Below, piece by piece: positions 37,581 to 45,969 of a stretch of DNA of 64,000 nucleotides. The stretch is from NCBI GenBank assembly GCA_031398745.1, contig JANNNX010000074.1, positions 8,740 through 72,739 of the forward strand, given 5' to 3'. The notes beneath the pieces were generated by a model. The model did no database searches. It had not been told where the DNA came from and saw only the letters and a list, made by a program, of their open reading frames with translations. The stretch comes from Actinomycetes bacterium. GTDB taxonomy: Bacteria; Actinomycetota; Acidimicrobiia; Acidimicrobiales; CADCSY01. The stretch's first letter is position 1; the number at the start of each line of letters is the position of its first letter. A program made the position numbers and the translations under genes.

Positions 37581-38969
37581 ATGCGGCGCCTGGCCCTCCT
37601 CGGGTTCATCTGGGGCTGGTCGTTCGTGCTGCTCAAGGTGGCCACCCGGGCCGCTACCCCCACCACGGTGGCCGGCGCTCGCACCCTCCTCGGCGCGGTC
37701 GTGCTGGCCGCCCTCAGCTGGTGGCGCGGCGTCCGCCTCCCCCGGGACCGCGCCACCTGGGGATGGTTGGCGGTGGTCTCGGTGGCCGGCGCCGCCCTTC
37801 CTCTCGGCCTGTTGGCCTGGAGCGCGGAGCGCATCACCTCGACCCTGATCGCGGTGGTCAACACCTCCACCCCGCTGGCCACCGCCCTGCTGAGCGGCCT
37901 CGTCCTCCGTGAGCGCCTCCGGCCCAGCCAACTGGTGGGCCTCGGGCTCGGGGTCCTCGGCGTGGCCGTGGCCGTCGGCATCGGCGGCGACGACCTCGAC
38001 CGTTCGTCGCTCACCGGAGCGGCGGCGGTGGTCGGCTCGGGCTTCTCCTACGGCATCGCCTTCATCCTCATGCGCCGCCACCTCCTTCACCTCCCGTCCG
38101 ACGTCGCCGCCGGGGCCCAGCTGGCGCTGGCCTCCGTACTCCTGGCGCCGCTGGCGGTGGTGTCGACCGGGCAGCACGGGCTCGACCTCACGCCCTGGCG
38201 GGTGAGCTGCCTGGTGGTGCTCGGCGTCGTCAGCACCGGCATCGCCTGGTCGATGAACTACCGGGTCGTGCGCGAGCTCGGCCCGACCCGGGCCTCTCTG
38301 GTCGGCTATCTCATCCCGGTGGTGGGGGTGACCGGCGGCGTGGTGGTGCTGGGCGAGCCCTTCCATCTCCGGGTCGTGGCCGGCGGGCTCGTCATCCTTC
38401 TGGCGGTGACCCTGGTCAACCGGGGCGGGGCGCTCCGGGGGTTGATCCCGCGGCCCGTCACGGCCCCGGGCGCGCTGGTGCTCTTGGCGGTGGCGCTGGT
38501 GGTGGGCGGCACCGGTTGTGCCGCGGGCTCGTCGGCCGGTGACGACCGCGGTGCCTGCGCGGCGCCGGTGCGCGAGCGCCTCGATGCCGCATCCTCGCTG
38601 CACCTGCTGCCCAACGCCGAGGAGCCCGACTACCTCTCCGACCCCCCGACGTCGGGAGCCCACCTCGCCGGTGCCCCGGCGACCGGCGTCCAGACCCAAC
38701 CACTCTCGCGGCCGGCGCAGGTCGGCGTCCTGGAGACCGGGGCCGTCCTGCTGCAGCACGACCCCGATCTCGGCACGACCGAACGCCGGGAGCTGGAAGG
38801 GCTGGCCGGAGCCCAGGTGGTGGTGGCCCCCAACGACGACCTGCCCGACCAGGTAGTGGCGACCGCCTGGACCTGGAAGCAGACCTGCTCGGCGGTCGAC
38901 GTCGAGGCCCTCGCCCGCTTCGTTGACGAGCACGCCGGCGACCCGTCGACGTCGTCGAGCACCCACTGA
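37581..38969 (+). CDS. EamA/DMT-family transporter fused in frame to a DUF3105-like extracytoplasmic domain
   Basis: The ATG is at 37581 (MRRLALLGFIWGWSFVLLKV). About 10 TM helices form two EamA repeats. A hydrophobic segment with a lipobox-like LVVGGTGC follows. The C-terminus reads YLSDPPTSGAHL...VGVLETGAVLLQH...VVVAPNDDLPDQVVATAWTWKQTC, which matches my recollection of DUF3105. Confidence 0.7.
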   Translation: MRRLALLGFIWGWSFVLLKVATRAATPTTVAGARTLLGAVVLAALSWWRGVRLPRDRATWGWLAVVSVAGAALPLGLLAWSAERITSTLIAVVNTSTPLATALLSGLVLRERLRPSQLVGLGLGVLGVAVAVGIGGDDLDRSSLTGAAAVVGSGFSYGIAFILMRRHLLHLPSDVAAGAQLALASVLLAPLAVVSTGQHGLDLTPWRVSCLVVLGVVSTGIAWSMNYRVVRELGPTRASLVGYLIPVVGVTGGVVVLGEPFHLRVVAGGLVILLAVTLVNRGGALRGLIPRPVTAPGALVLLAVALVVGGTGCAAGSSAGDDRGACAAPVRERLDAASSLHLLPNAEEPDYLSDPPTSGAHLAGAPATGVQTQPLSRPAQVGVLETGAVLLQHDPDLGTTERRELEGLAGAQVVVAPNDDLPDQVVATAWTWKQTCSAVDVEALARFVDEHAGDPSTSSSTH

Positions 38970-38974
38970 GCGCC

Positions 38975-40855
38975 GTGCCACCCGACCGCGACCAGTGGGG
39001 CATCGCCGGGGGCTACCTCGACCTGGACGGCCGGTGGCACGAGCCCGCCCCCGAGGCGGTGGAGGCCATGTTGGCGGCCATGGGGGCCGACCTCGACGCC
39101 GACGGCGGACCACCCGATGCCCCCCGCCAGTGGTTCACCCGGCCGGGTGCCGGGGGCCAGGTCCTCGGGCCGGCCGATCTCGTGCTGGAGGATGGGACCG
39201 ACCTGGGCCGCACCGACGATCTCCCGGTCGACCTCCCCCTCGGCTACCACGAGCTCCGCCCCCACGACGGCAGCGAGTCGACGCTGTTGGTGGTCAGTCC
39301 CGGCACGTGCCCCACGCCGGTGGGTCGTCCCTGGGGCTTGGCCGTCCAGCTCTACGCCACTCGCTCGGCCGCCAGTTGGGGCATCGGCGACCTCGGCGAC
39401 CTGCGGGCGATCGCCCGGTGGGCCCGATCGGCGGGCGCGGGAATGGTGGCACTGAACCCGCTCCACGCCCACGGTCCGGGTTTCCCCCAAGAGCCCAGCC
39501 CCTACTTCCCGTCGTCCCGGCGGTTCCTCGATCCCCTCAACCTCAGGGTCGAGGACGTCGACGGCGCCGATCACCCGTCGGTGGCGACCACCCTGGCATC
39601 GGCGGTCGAGGCCGGTCGAGCGCTCACCGCCCGGCCCACCATCGACCGCGACCAGGTGTGGCGCCTCAAGCGAGCGGTCCTCGAGGCCTGCTTCCTCGCC
39701 GTCCGCCAGCGGGGTGGCCCGCCGCCGTCGGCTCCCACCGTGCTCGGCACCGAGGGCGGCGGCGTGCGGTCCTTCGCCCTCTGGTGCGCGATCGCGGATC
39801 GCCACGGCGACGACTGGCGGCGATGGCCGGCGAGCCTGCGCGACCCTGACGGCGCCGGGGTGCGTGCCTTTGCGGTCGCCGAGGCCGATCGGGTGGCGTT
39901 CCACCTCTGGCTCCAGCAGCAGCTCGATCGCCAGCACGCGGCGGCGGTCGAGCTCCCCCTCCTGGCCGACCTGGCGGTCGGGTTCAACCCTGGCGGGGCC
40001 GACGCCTGGGAGTGGCAGCACCTCCTCGCGGGCGACGCCCGGGTCGGAGCCCCGCCCGACGAGTTCAACCACCTGGGCCAGGACTGGGGCCTGCCCCCGT
40101 TCGTGCCCCACCGTCTGCGGGCGAGCGGGTACGCGCCGTTCGTGGACACGCTGCGGGCGGCCTTCCGCCACGCCGCGGGCCTCCGCATCGACCACGTCAT
40201 GGGGTTGTTCCGGCTGTGGTGGGTGGCGCCCGGTGCCCCCACCCCGGCGTCGGGCGGGTACGTGCGGTACCCGTCGAGCGACCTGCTCGACCTGCTGGCG
40301 CTCGAGGCCCACCGGGCCGGGGCGTTCGTTGTGGGCGAGGACCTCGGGCTGGTCGAGGACTCGGTGCGGGCCGAGCTGGCCGCCCGCCGGGTGCTCTCGA
40401 CCCGCCTGGCCTGGTTCGAAGACCAACCCCCCAGTGCATGGCCCGAGGGTTCGGTCGCCTCGCTGGGCACCCACGACCTCGCCACCCTGTCCGGGGTGTG
40501 GTCGGGCACCGACGCCCTGCGGCGACGGTCGCTCGGGCTCCCGGTCGACGACGCCGCCGAGGAGCGGGTCCGAGGTCGACTGGCGCGCCTGGTCGGCCGC
40601 GACGGCGCTACGCCCCTCGAGGAGGTCACCGTCGAGGCCCACCGGCACCTCGCCGACGCCGGCTCGTCGGTGGTGCTGGCGGCCCTGGCCGACGTGGTCG
40701 GGGCGGATCAGCGGGTGAACGTGCCCGGCACCACCACCGAGTGGCCCAACTGGTCCGTGGCCCTGCCCCTCGGGGTCGAACAGTTGCCCGGCGATCCGGT
40801 GGCATCGGCGGTGGCCGAGGCGCTCACCGCGGGACGGACCCCGCCGCCCCGGTAG
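38975..40855 (+). CDS. malQ: 4-alpha-glucanotransferase (amylomaltase, GH77)
   Basis: 626 aa with a GTG start. Matching segments are WGLAVQLYATRSAASWGIGDLGDL, ALNPLHA, PYFPSSRRFLDPL, WGLPPF, RIDHVMGLFRLWW, VGEDLGLV and LGTHDL. Confidence 0.9.
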   Translation: MPPDRDQWGIAGGYLDLDGRWHEPAPEAVEAMLAAMGADLDADGGPPDAPRQWFTRPGAGGQVLGPADLVLEDGTDLGRTDDLPVDLPLGYHELRPHDGSESTLLVVSPGTCPTPVGRPWGLAVQLYATRSAASWGIGDLGDLRAIARWARSAGAGMVALNPLHAHGPGFPQEPSPYFPSSRRFLDPLNLRVEDVDGADHPSVATTLASAVEAGRALTARPTIDRDQVWRLKRAVLEACFLAVRQRGGPPPSAPTVLGTEGGGVRSFALWCAIADRHGDDWRRWPASLRDPDGAGVRAFAVAEADRVAFHLWLQQQLDRQHAAAVELPLLADLAVGFNPGGADAWEWQHLLAGDARVGAPPDEFNHLGQDWGLPPFVPHRLRASGYAPFVDTLRAAFRHAAGLRIDHVMGLFRLWWVAPGAPTPASGGYVRYPSSDLLDLLALEAHRAGAFVVGEDLGLVEDSVRAELAARRVLSTRLAWFEDQPPSAWPEGSVASLGTHDLATLSGVWSGTDALRRRSLGLPVDDAAEERVRGRLARLVGRDGATPLEEVTVEAHRHLADAGSSVVLAALADVVGADQRVNVPGTTTEWPNWSVALPLGVEQLPGDPVASAVAEALTAGRTPPPR

Positions 40856-40871
40856 CGTTCCCCACGGCCAC

Positions 40872-40956
40872 GGGCGCGTGGCGGAATCGGCAGACGCAGC
40901 GGACTCAAAATCCGCCGCCGCAAGGCATGAGGGTTCGAGTCCCTCCGCGCCCACCA
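40872..40956 (+). tRNA. tRNA-Leu (anticodon CAA), with CCA encoded
   Basis: I folded it by hand. The acceptor stem is GGGCGCG/CGCGCCC. The D-arm is GCGGAATCGGCAGACGC. The anticodon stem-loop is GCGGA-CTCAAAA-TCCGC. There is a long variable arm (CGCCGCAAGGCATG). The T-arm is GAGGGTTCGAGTCCCTC, followed by discriminator A and CCA. Confidence 0.9.
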
Positions 40957-41120
40957 CGGATGATCGCTGGTCCGCTACCCGTTCGACGCCACCGTGAACC
41001 GCTGGTGAACCCTCGGCGTGCACAGCGGATCGGGGTCACCCGGCTAGCCTCGGCGGGCGCCGCCAGGCGCTTCGTCGCGCGTCCGACGGCCGCGAGTCCG
41101 CCGACCCTCCTGAGACCCCC

Positions 41121-42302
41121 ATGCTGGCGTTCACCTTCCCCGGACAAGGTTCCCAGCGGCCCGCCATGGGCTCGGCCTGGGTGGAGCACCCCTCGTGGGA
41201 GCTGGTGGCCGAGGCCTCGGACATCCTCGGCCGTGATGTCGGCCACCTCCTGCTCGACGCCGACGCCGACGAGCTGCGACCCACCCGCAACGCCCAGCTG
41301 GCCACCTTCGTCACCAGTCTGATCGTCCTCGACGCGGTCGAGCGCCTGGGCCTGGCCCCAGCGGCGGTGGCGGGCCACAGCCTCGGCGAGTACAGCGCCC
41401 TGACCGCTACCGGAGCCCTGTCCTTCGCCGACGGGATCCGGTTGGTGGCCGCCCGGGGCGAGGCCATGCAAGAGGCGGCCGACGGCCACGCCGGAACGAT
41501 GGCCGCAATCCTCGGGCTGTCCGACGACGACGTCGACGCCGCCTGCCGCATCGCCGAGGGCGACGTGTGGGTGGCCAACTTCAACGCCCCGGGCCAGGTG
41601 GTCATCGCCGGGGCACCGGGGGCGGTGGCCGACGCTGGCGAGGCGGCCCGCGGTCTCGGGGCCAAGCGGGTCGTTCCCCTCGAGGTCAGCGGTGCCTTCC
41701 ACACCCCGTTCATGGTCCCGGCCCGCGACAAGCTGCGCAAAGCCGTCGATGAGGCCCGCCTGCGCGACCCCGAGATCCCGGTGGTGGCCAACATCGATGC
41801 CCGCCCCCACAGCGAAGCCGACGAGTGGGCCAACCTCCTGTCGGCCCAGCTGTCGAGCCCGGTGCGGTGGCGCCAGTCGATCCAGCGCCTGAGCGCCGAC
41901 GGCATCGTGACCTTCGTCGAACTGGGCCACGGGTCGACGCTCACCGGCTTGGCCAAGCGCATCGCGCCGGAAGCGATGGCGCTGTCGGTCTCGACCCCGG
42001 CCGACCTCGACTCCCTGCTCGAGACCCTGGCCGGCGAGCCGGTGCACCCGCCGGGCCAGCCCGACGGCGAGCAGCTCCACATGGTCGAGCGCCTGGTCGT
42101 GAGTCCGGCCGCAGGGATCTTCTCGCTCGACGCCCGGTGGCGGACCCCCGAGACCCACGCGGTCGAGGTCGGTTCCCTCATCGGCACCGTCGGCGACCTG
42201 GAGGTGCTGTCGCTGTTCGAGGGAACCCTGATGGGGCTCCTGGCGGTCGACGGCGAGCGGGTCACCCCCAGCCAGCCGATCGCCTGGCTGCGAACCCGAT
42301 GA
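41121..42302 (+). CDS. fabD: Malonyl-CoA:ACP transacylase with an extra roughly 90-aa C-terminal biotinyl/lipoyl-like domain
   Basis: 393 aa. The FabD core has FTFPGQGSQ, GHSLGEYSAL (active-site Ser), NFNAPGQVVIAG, and SGAFHTP. The core ends near residue 300. The tail then reads ERLVVSPAAGIFSLD...VEVGSLIGTVGDLEVLSLFEGTLMGLLAVDGERVTPSQPIAWL. Confidence 0.9.
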   Translation: MLAFTFPGQGSQRPAMGSAWVEHPSWELVAEASDILGRDVGHLLLDADADELRPTRNAQLATFVTSLIVLDAVERLGLAPAAVAGHSLGEYSALTATGALSFADGIRLVAARGEAMQEAADGHAGTMAAILGLSDDDVDAACRIAEGDVWVANFNAPGQVVIAGAPGAVADAGEAARGLGAKRVVPLEVSGAFHTPFMVPARDKLRKAVDEARLRDPEIPVVANIDARPHSEADEWANLLSAQLSSPVRWRQSIQRLSADGIVTFVELGHGSTLTGLAKRIAPEAMALSVSTPADLDSLLETLAGEPVHPPGQPDGEQLHMVERLVVSPAAGIFSLDARWRTPETHAVEVGSLIGTVGDLEVLSLFEGTLMGLLAVDGERVTPSQPIAWLRTR

Positions 42303-42330
42303 GCTCCGGTGCGAACTCGGTGAGCAGCCG

Positions 42331-43260
42331 ATGAGGGGAATCGCGGTGCGGGGGTGGGGCACGGCCCTGCCCGACAAGATCGTGACCAACGCCGACCTCG
42401 AGGCTCGACTCGACACCTCCGACGAGTGGATCACCGAGCGCACGGGCATCCGGGCTCGCCACATCGGCGGCACCACCGGGGGCCTGGCCGTCGAGGCCGG
42501 CCGGGCGGCATTGGTCCACGCCGGGGTCGAGGCGTCGAGCGTCGACGTCGTCGTCCTGGCCACGACCACGCCCGATCAGCTCATCCCGGCCACCGCCTCC
42601 TACGTGCAACAGCAGCTGGGCATCGTCGGCGGGGCGTTCGACCTCACCGCCGCCTGCTCGGGCTTCGTCTACGGACTGATCACGGCGGCCGGCCTCGCCG
42701 CGGTGGGCGCCGAGCGCATCCTCCTCATCGGCGCCGACGTGATGTCGAGCGTGGTCGACCAGGAGGACCGGGCCATCGCCATCCTCTTCGGGGACGGCGC
42801 CGGCGCGGTGGTCCTCGACGGGGTCGAGGGTGCCGGGACCCTGCGGGGCTGGGACATGGGCTCCGACGGCGACCTGCGCCACATCCTCTACGCCGACCAC
42901 GGTGGCGTGCTGTTCCAGGATGGCCGGGAGGTGTTCCGGCGGGCGGTGCGGGCCGTGGTCGACTCGGCCAGCGCGGCCCTCGCCCGCTCGGGGCTCACCG
43001 CCGCCGACGTCGACCTCTTCGTGCCGCATCAGGCCAACCTCCGCATCATCGAGGCCGCCGGCAATCGCCTCGGCATCCCCCTGGAGCGCACCGCGGTGGT
43101 GCTCGATCGGCTGGGCAACACGTCGGCCGCATCGGTCCCCCTCGGCCTGGTCGACGCGCTCGACGCCGGTCGGCTCTCGCCCGGCGACACCGTGCTGACC
43201 GTCGGCTTCGGCGCGGGAATGGCGTGGGCCAGCGCGGTGCTGGAGTGGCCCGGTGACTGA
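42331..43260 (+). CDS. fabH: 3-oxoacyl-ACP synthase III
   Basis: 309 aa. It has LTAACSGFVYGL (Cys), VPHQANLRI (His), LGNTSAASVP (Asn), and GFGAGMAW. Confidence 0.92.
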   Translation: MRGIAVRGWGTALPDKIVTNADLEARLDTSDEWITERTGIRARHIGGTTGGLAVEAGRAALVHAGVEASSVDVVVLATTTPDQLIPATASYVQQQLGIVGGAFDLTAACSGFVYGLITAAGLAAVGAERILLIGADVMSSVVDQEDRAIAILFGDGAGAVVLDGVEGAGTLRGWDMGSDGDLRHILYADHGGVLFQDGREVFRRAVRAVVDSASAALARSGLTAADVDLFVPHQANLRIIEAAGNRLGIPLERTAVVLDRLGNTSAASVPLGLVDALDAGRLSPGDTVLTVGFGAGMAWASAVLEWPGD

Positions 43261-43966
43261 ACCTCGGGTGGTCCTCGTGACCGGGGGCAACCGGGGCATC
43301 GGCCTGGCCTGCGCCCGCGCCTTCGCAGCGGCCGGCGACCGGGTGGCCGTGACCTACCGGTCCTCGCCGCCGGCCGATGGCGATCTCTTGGCGGTCCTCT
43401 GCGACGTCACCTCCGGCGACCAGGTCGACACCGCCTTCCAGGCCGTCGAATCCGAGCTCGGAGCGGTCGAGGTGCTGGTCGCCAATGCCGGCATCACCCG
43501 TGACGGCCTCCTGATGCGCATGGCCGAGGACTCCTTCACCGACGTGGTCGACGCCAACCTCACGGGCGCCTTCCGGGTCGTGCGCCGGGCCACGCCGGGC
43601 ATGGTCAAGGCTCGGCGGGGCCGCATCGTGCTGATGTCGTCGGTCGTCGGCCTGTCGGGCAACGCCGGCCAGGCAAATTACGCCGCCTCCAAGGCCGGTC
43701 TCGTCGGCCTGGCCCGATCGGTGGCTCGGGAGCTGGCGTCCCGGGGCATCACCTGCAACGTGGTCGCCCCCGGACCGATTGCCAGCGACATGACCGATGC
43801 CTTGACCCCCGACCAGCAGGCGGCCATGACCGCCGCCGCCCCGCTCGGCCGCTTCGGCACCGCCGACGAGGTGGCCGCCGCGGTCCTGTTCCTCGCCTCC
43901 CCCGAAGCCGCCTACATCACCGGGGCCGTGCTGCCGGTCGACGGCGGCATGGGCATGGGGCACTAG
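43253..43966 (+). CDS. fabG: 3-oxoacyl-ACP reductase (SDR)
   Basis: 237 aa with a GTG start that overlaps the fabH end by 8 nt. It has VTGGNRGIG, NAGI, SSVVG...YAASKAG (catalytic S-Y-K), and VAPGPI. Confidence 0.9.
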   Translation: MTEPRVVLVTGGNRGIGLACARAFAAAGDRVAVTYRSSPPADGDLLAVLCDVTSGDQVDTAFQAVESELGAVEVLVANAGITRDGLLMRMAEDSFTDVVDANLTGAFRVVRRATPGMVKARRGRIVLMSSVVGLSGNAGQANYAASKAGLVGLARSVARELASRGITCNVVAPGPIASDMTDALTPDQQAAMTAAAPLGRFGTADEVAAAVLFLASPEAAYITGAVLPVDGGMGMGH

Positions 43967-44001
43967 AACTATCCCCCCCACCAACCACCAAGGAGAGCCC
44001 C

Positions 44002-44244
44002 GTGGCTGACGATGAGGTCTTCGACAAGCTCAAGCAGTGCGCCGTCGACGTGCTGGCGGTCGACGCCGACAAGGTCACCCTCGACGCCAAGTTCGGCGAC
44101 GACCTCGACGCCGACAGCCTCGATCTAGTCGAGCTGGTCATGGCCCTCGAGGAGACGTTCAGCATCGAGGTGCCCGAGCAGGACCTCGACGGCGTGGTCA
44201 CCGTCAAGGACGCCTACGACCTCGTGAAGTCCAAGCTGCCATGA
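44002..44244 (+). CDS. acpP: Acyl carrier protein
   Basis: 80 aa. The GTG is preceded by AAGGAG. The phosphopantetheine attachment site is LDADSLDLVELVMALEE (DSL motif). Confidence 0.92.
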   Translation: MADDEVFDKLKQCAVDVLAVDADKVTLDAKFGDDLDADSLDLVELVMALEETFSIEVPEQDLDGVVTVKDAYDLVKSKLP

Positions 44245-45410
44245 TCGGCCGCCGAGTGGCCGTCACCGGCATGGGCGTCATCGTCACCGCCGGCACCGGT
44301 CCCGAGGCGTTCTGGCAGGGGCTGCTCGGACCAGCGCCGGTCGGGCCCCGCGAGGTCACCGACTTCGACCCCGGCGCCTGGTTCGGGCCCAAGGACGTCC
44401 GCCGAGTCGACCGCTTCACCCAGTTCGCGGTGGCGGCGGCGGGCATGGCCCTCGACGACGCCGGGCCGTTGACGGCCGCCGCCGCCCGTTCGGGGGTGCT
44501 CATCGCCACCGGTGTGGGCGGGCTGCACACCCTCGAGGAGCAGATCGTGCTGCGCCACGAACAGGGGGCCCGCCGGGTCACCCCGTTCCTGGTGCCGATG
44601 ATGATGTGCAACGCGGCGGCCGTGAACGTGTCGATGCGCTACGGCTTCCAGGGGCCGTGCGACGTCACCGTGACCGCCTGCGCGGCCAGCACCCACGCCA
44701 TCGTCAACGCCGCCCGGCTGGTCGCCACCGGGACCTGCGACGCGGTGCTGACCGGCGGGTCGGAGTCGGCCATCACCCCCACCGGGGTGGCCGGGTTCTC
44801 CAACATGACGGCCCTGTCGTCGGTGGGAATCTCCCGGCCCTTCGACGTGGCCCGCGACGGCTTCGTCATGGCCGAGGGGGCGGCCATCCTGGTCCTCGAG
44901 GCGTGGGAGCTGGCCGAGGCCCGGGGCGCCCGCATCTACGGCGAGATCCTGGGCGGGGCCAACACCGCCGACGCCCACCACATCACCGCCCCCGAGCCGA
45001 CCGGTGAGGGCGCCGTGCGGTGCATGGAGCTGGCCCTGGCCGATGCCGGGGTGGCCCTCGGCGACATCGGCCACATCAATGCCCATGGCACCTCCACCGG
45101 GCTGAACGACCGAGCCGAGGCCGAGGCCGTGACCAAGGTGTTCGGCGCCGCCGGGCCCCCGATCACCTCGACCAAGGGCATCACCGGACACGTGCTGGGC
45201 GCCACCGGGGCGGTCGAGGCCATCGCCGTGCTCCTGGCCATGGAGCACGGCCTGATTCCGCCGACCGCCGGCCTGGTCGACGTCGACCCCGACATCCACC
45301 TGGACATCGTCCGGGGCGAGGCCCGCCCGTGGACGCCGGCGCCCACCTTGTCGAACTCGTTCGGCTTCGGCGGCCACAACGGCTGCCTGGTCATCGGCCC
45401 CCCCGCCTAG
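44241..45410 (+). CDS. fabF: 3-oxoacyl-ACP synthase II
   Basis: The ATG at 44241 overlaps the acpP stop (ATGA). The protein begins MIGRRVAVTGMGVIV. It has TACAAS (active Cys), HITAP and NAHGTST (His-His), and SNSFGFGGHN. Confidence 0.93.
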   Translation: MIGRRVAVTGMGVIVTAGTGPEAFWQGLLGPAPVGPREVTDFDPGAWFGPKDVRRVDRFTQFAVAAAGMALDDAGPLTAAAARSGVLIATGVGGLHTLEEQIVLRHEQGARRVTPFLVPMMMCNAAAVNVSMRYGFQGPCDVTVTACAASTHAIVNAARLVATGTCDAVLTGGSESAITPTGVAGFSNMTALSSVGISRPFDVARDGFVMAEGAAILVLEAWELAEARGARIYGEILGGANTADAHHITAPEPTGEGAVRCMELALADAGVALGDIGHINAHGTSTGLNDRAEAEAVTKVFGAAGPPITSTKGITGHVLGATGAVEAIAVLLAMEHGLIPPTAGLVDVDPDIHLDIVRGEARPWTPAPTLSNSFGFGGHNGCLVIGPPA

Positions 45411-45420
45411 GTCCGCCATC

Positions 45421-45500
45421 CCCCACCCCTCCGCCCCCCCGCCGTTCTCGGCGCGCCCCGGCCGGTATGGCGTACGGAGCGCGCCGAGAACGAGGGGTGG
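45421..45500. repeat. Palindromic intergenic element, copy 2, between convergent fabF and fabZ
   Basis: A perfect 14-bp inverted repeat, CGTTCTCGGCGCGC (45443-45456) / GCGCGCCGAGAACG (45479-45492), around a 22-nt centre. An outer 8-bp pairing, CCACCCCT (45423-30) / AGGGGTGG (45493-500), is separated by a C-rich 12-nt bulge. The arms and the CGAGGGGTGG flank match copy 1. Confidence 0.6.
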
Positions 45501-45507
45501 CAGCCGT

Positions 45508-45969
45508 TCAGGCGTCGGTCATGACGAACAGCAGCTCGCCGGAGCAGGCCAGCTCCCCACCCACGGTGGCCCGTCCGCTGCCCTTGCCGGCCCGGATCGA
45601 GACCCGGCTCAACTCGACCGTGAGCTCCAGCACCTCGCCGGGCAGAACCTGGCGGCGGAAGCGGACGCCGTCGATGCCCCCGAAGAGGGGGAGCTTGCCG
45701 GCCAGCAGCGGCGACGAGAGCAGGGCGCAGGCTCCGACCTGGGCCAGCGCCTCGACCATGAGCACACCGGGCAGCGTCGGCCGACCAGGGAAGTGACCGG
45801 CGAAGAAGGCCTCGTCGCCCCGCAGCCGCCAGCGGCCCGCGGCCGACACGCCGGGGTCGAGGGCGCTGAGCTCGTCGACCAGGAGGAACGGCGGTCGGTG
45901 GGCGATCAGGTCGGTGGGCCGAGGCAGGCCCCCGCCACGGTCGGCGTGGCCGCCGCCGACCTCAGACAC
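45508..45969 (-). CDS. fabZ: 3-hydroxyacyl-ACP dehydratase FabZ
   Basis: A GTG at 45969 overlaps the bcp end by 8 nt. The protein has LIAHRPPFLLVDEL, FFAGHFPGRPTLPGVLMVEALAQ (hot-dog His/Glu motif), and FGGIDGVRFRRQV. The rest of track ORF 45508..48246 is a spurious read-through frame. Confidence 0.85.
   Translation of the reverse strand: MSEVGGGHADRGGGLPRPTDLIAHRPPFLLVDELSALDPGVSAAGRWRLRGDEAFFAGHFPGRPTLPGVLMVEALAQVGACALLSSPLLAGKLPLFGGIDGVRFRRQVLPGEVLELTVELSRVSIRAGKGSGRATVGGELACSGELLFVMTDA

Noticed and set aside
40856-41120. tRNA-Leu as an integration site for a genomic island or prophage.
   Set aside because: I saw no integrase, excisionase, phage gene or direct repeat of the tRNA 3' end nearby. 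The flanking genes are malQ and the FAS-II operon. The only oddity is GTGAACC repeated at 40994 and 41005, which is too short to mean much.
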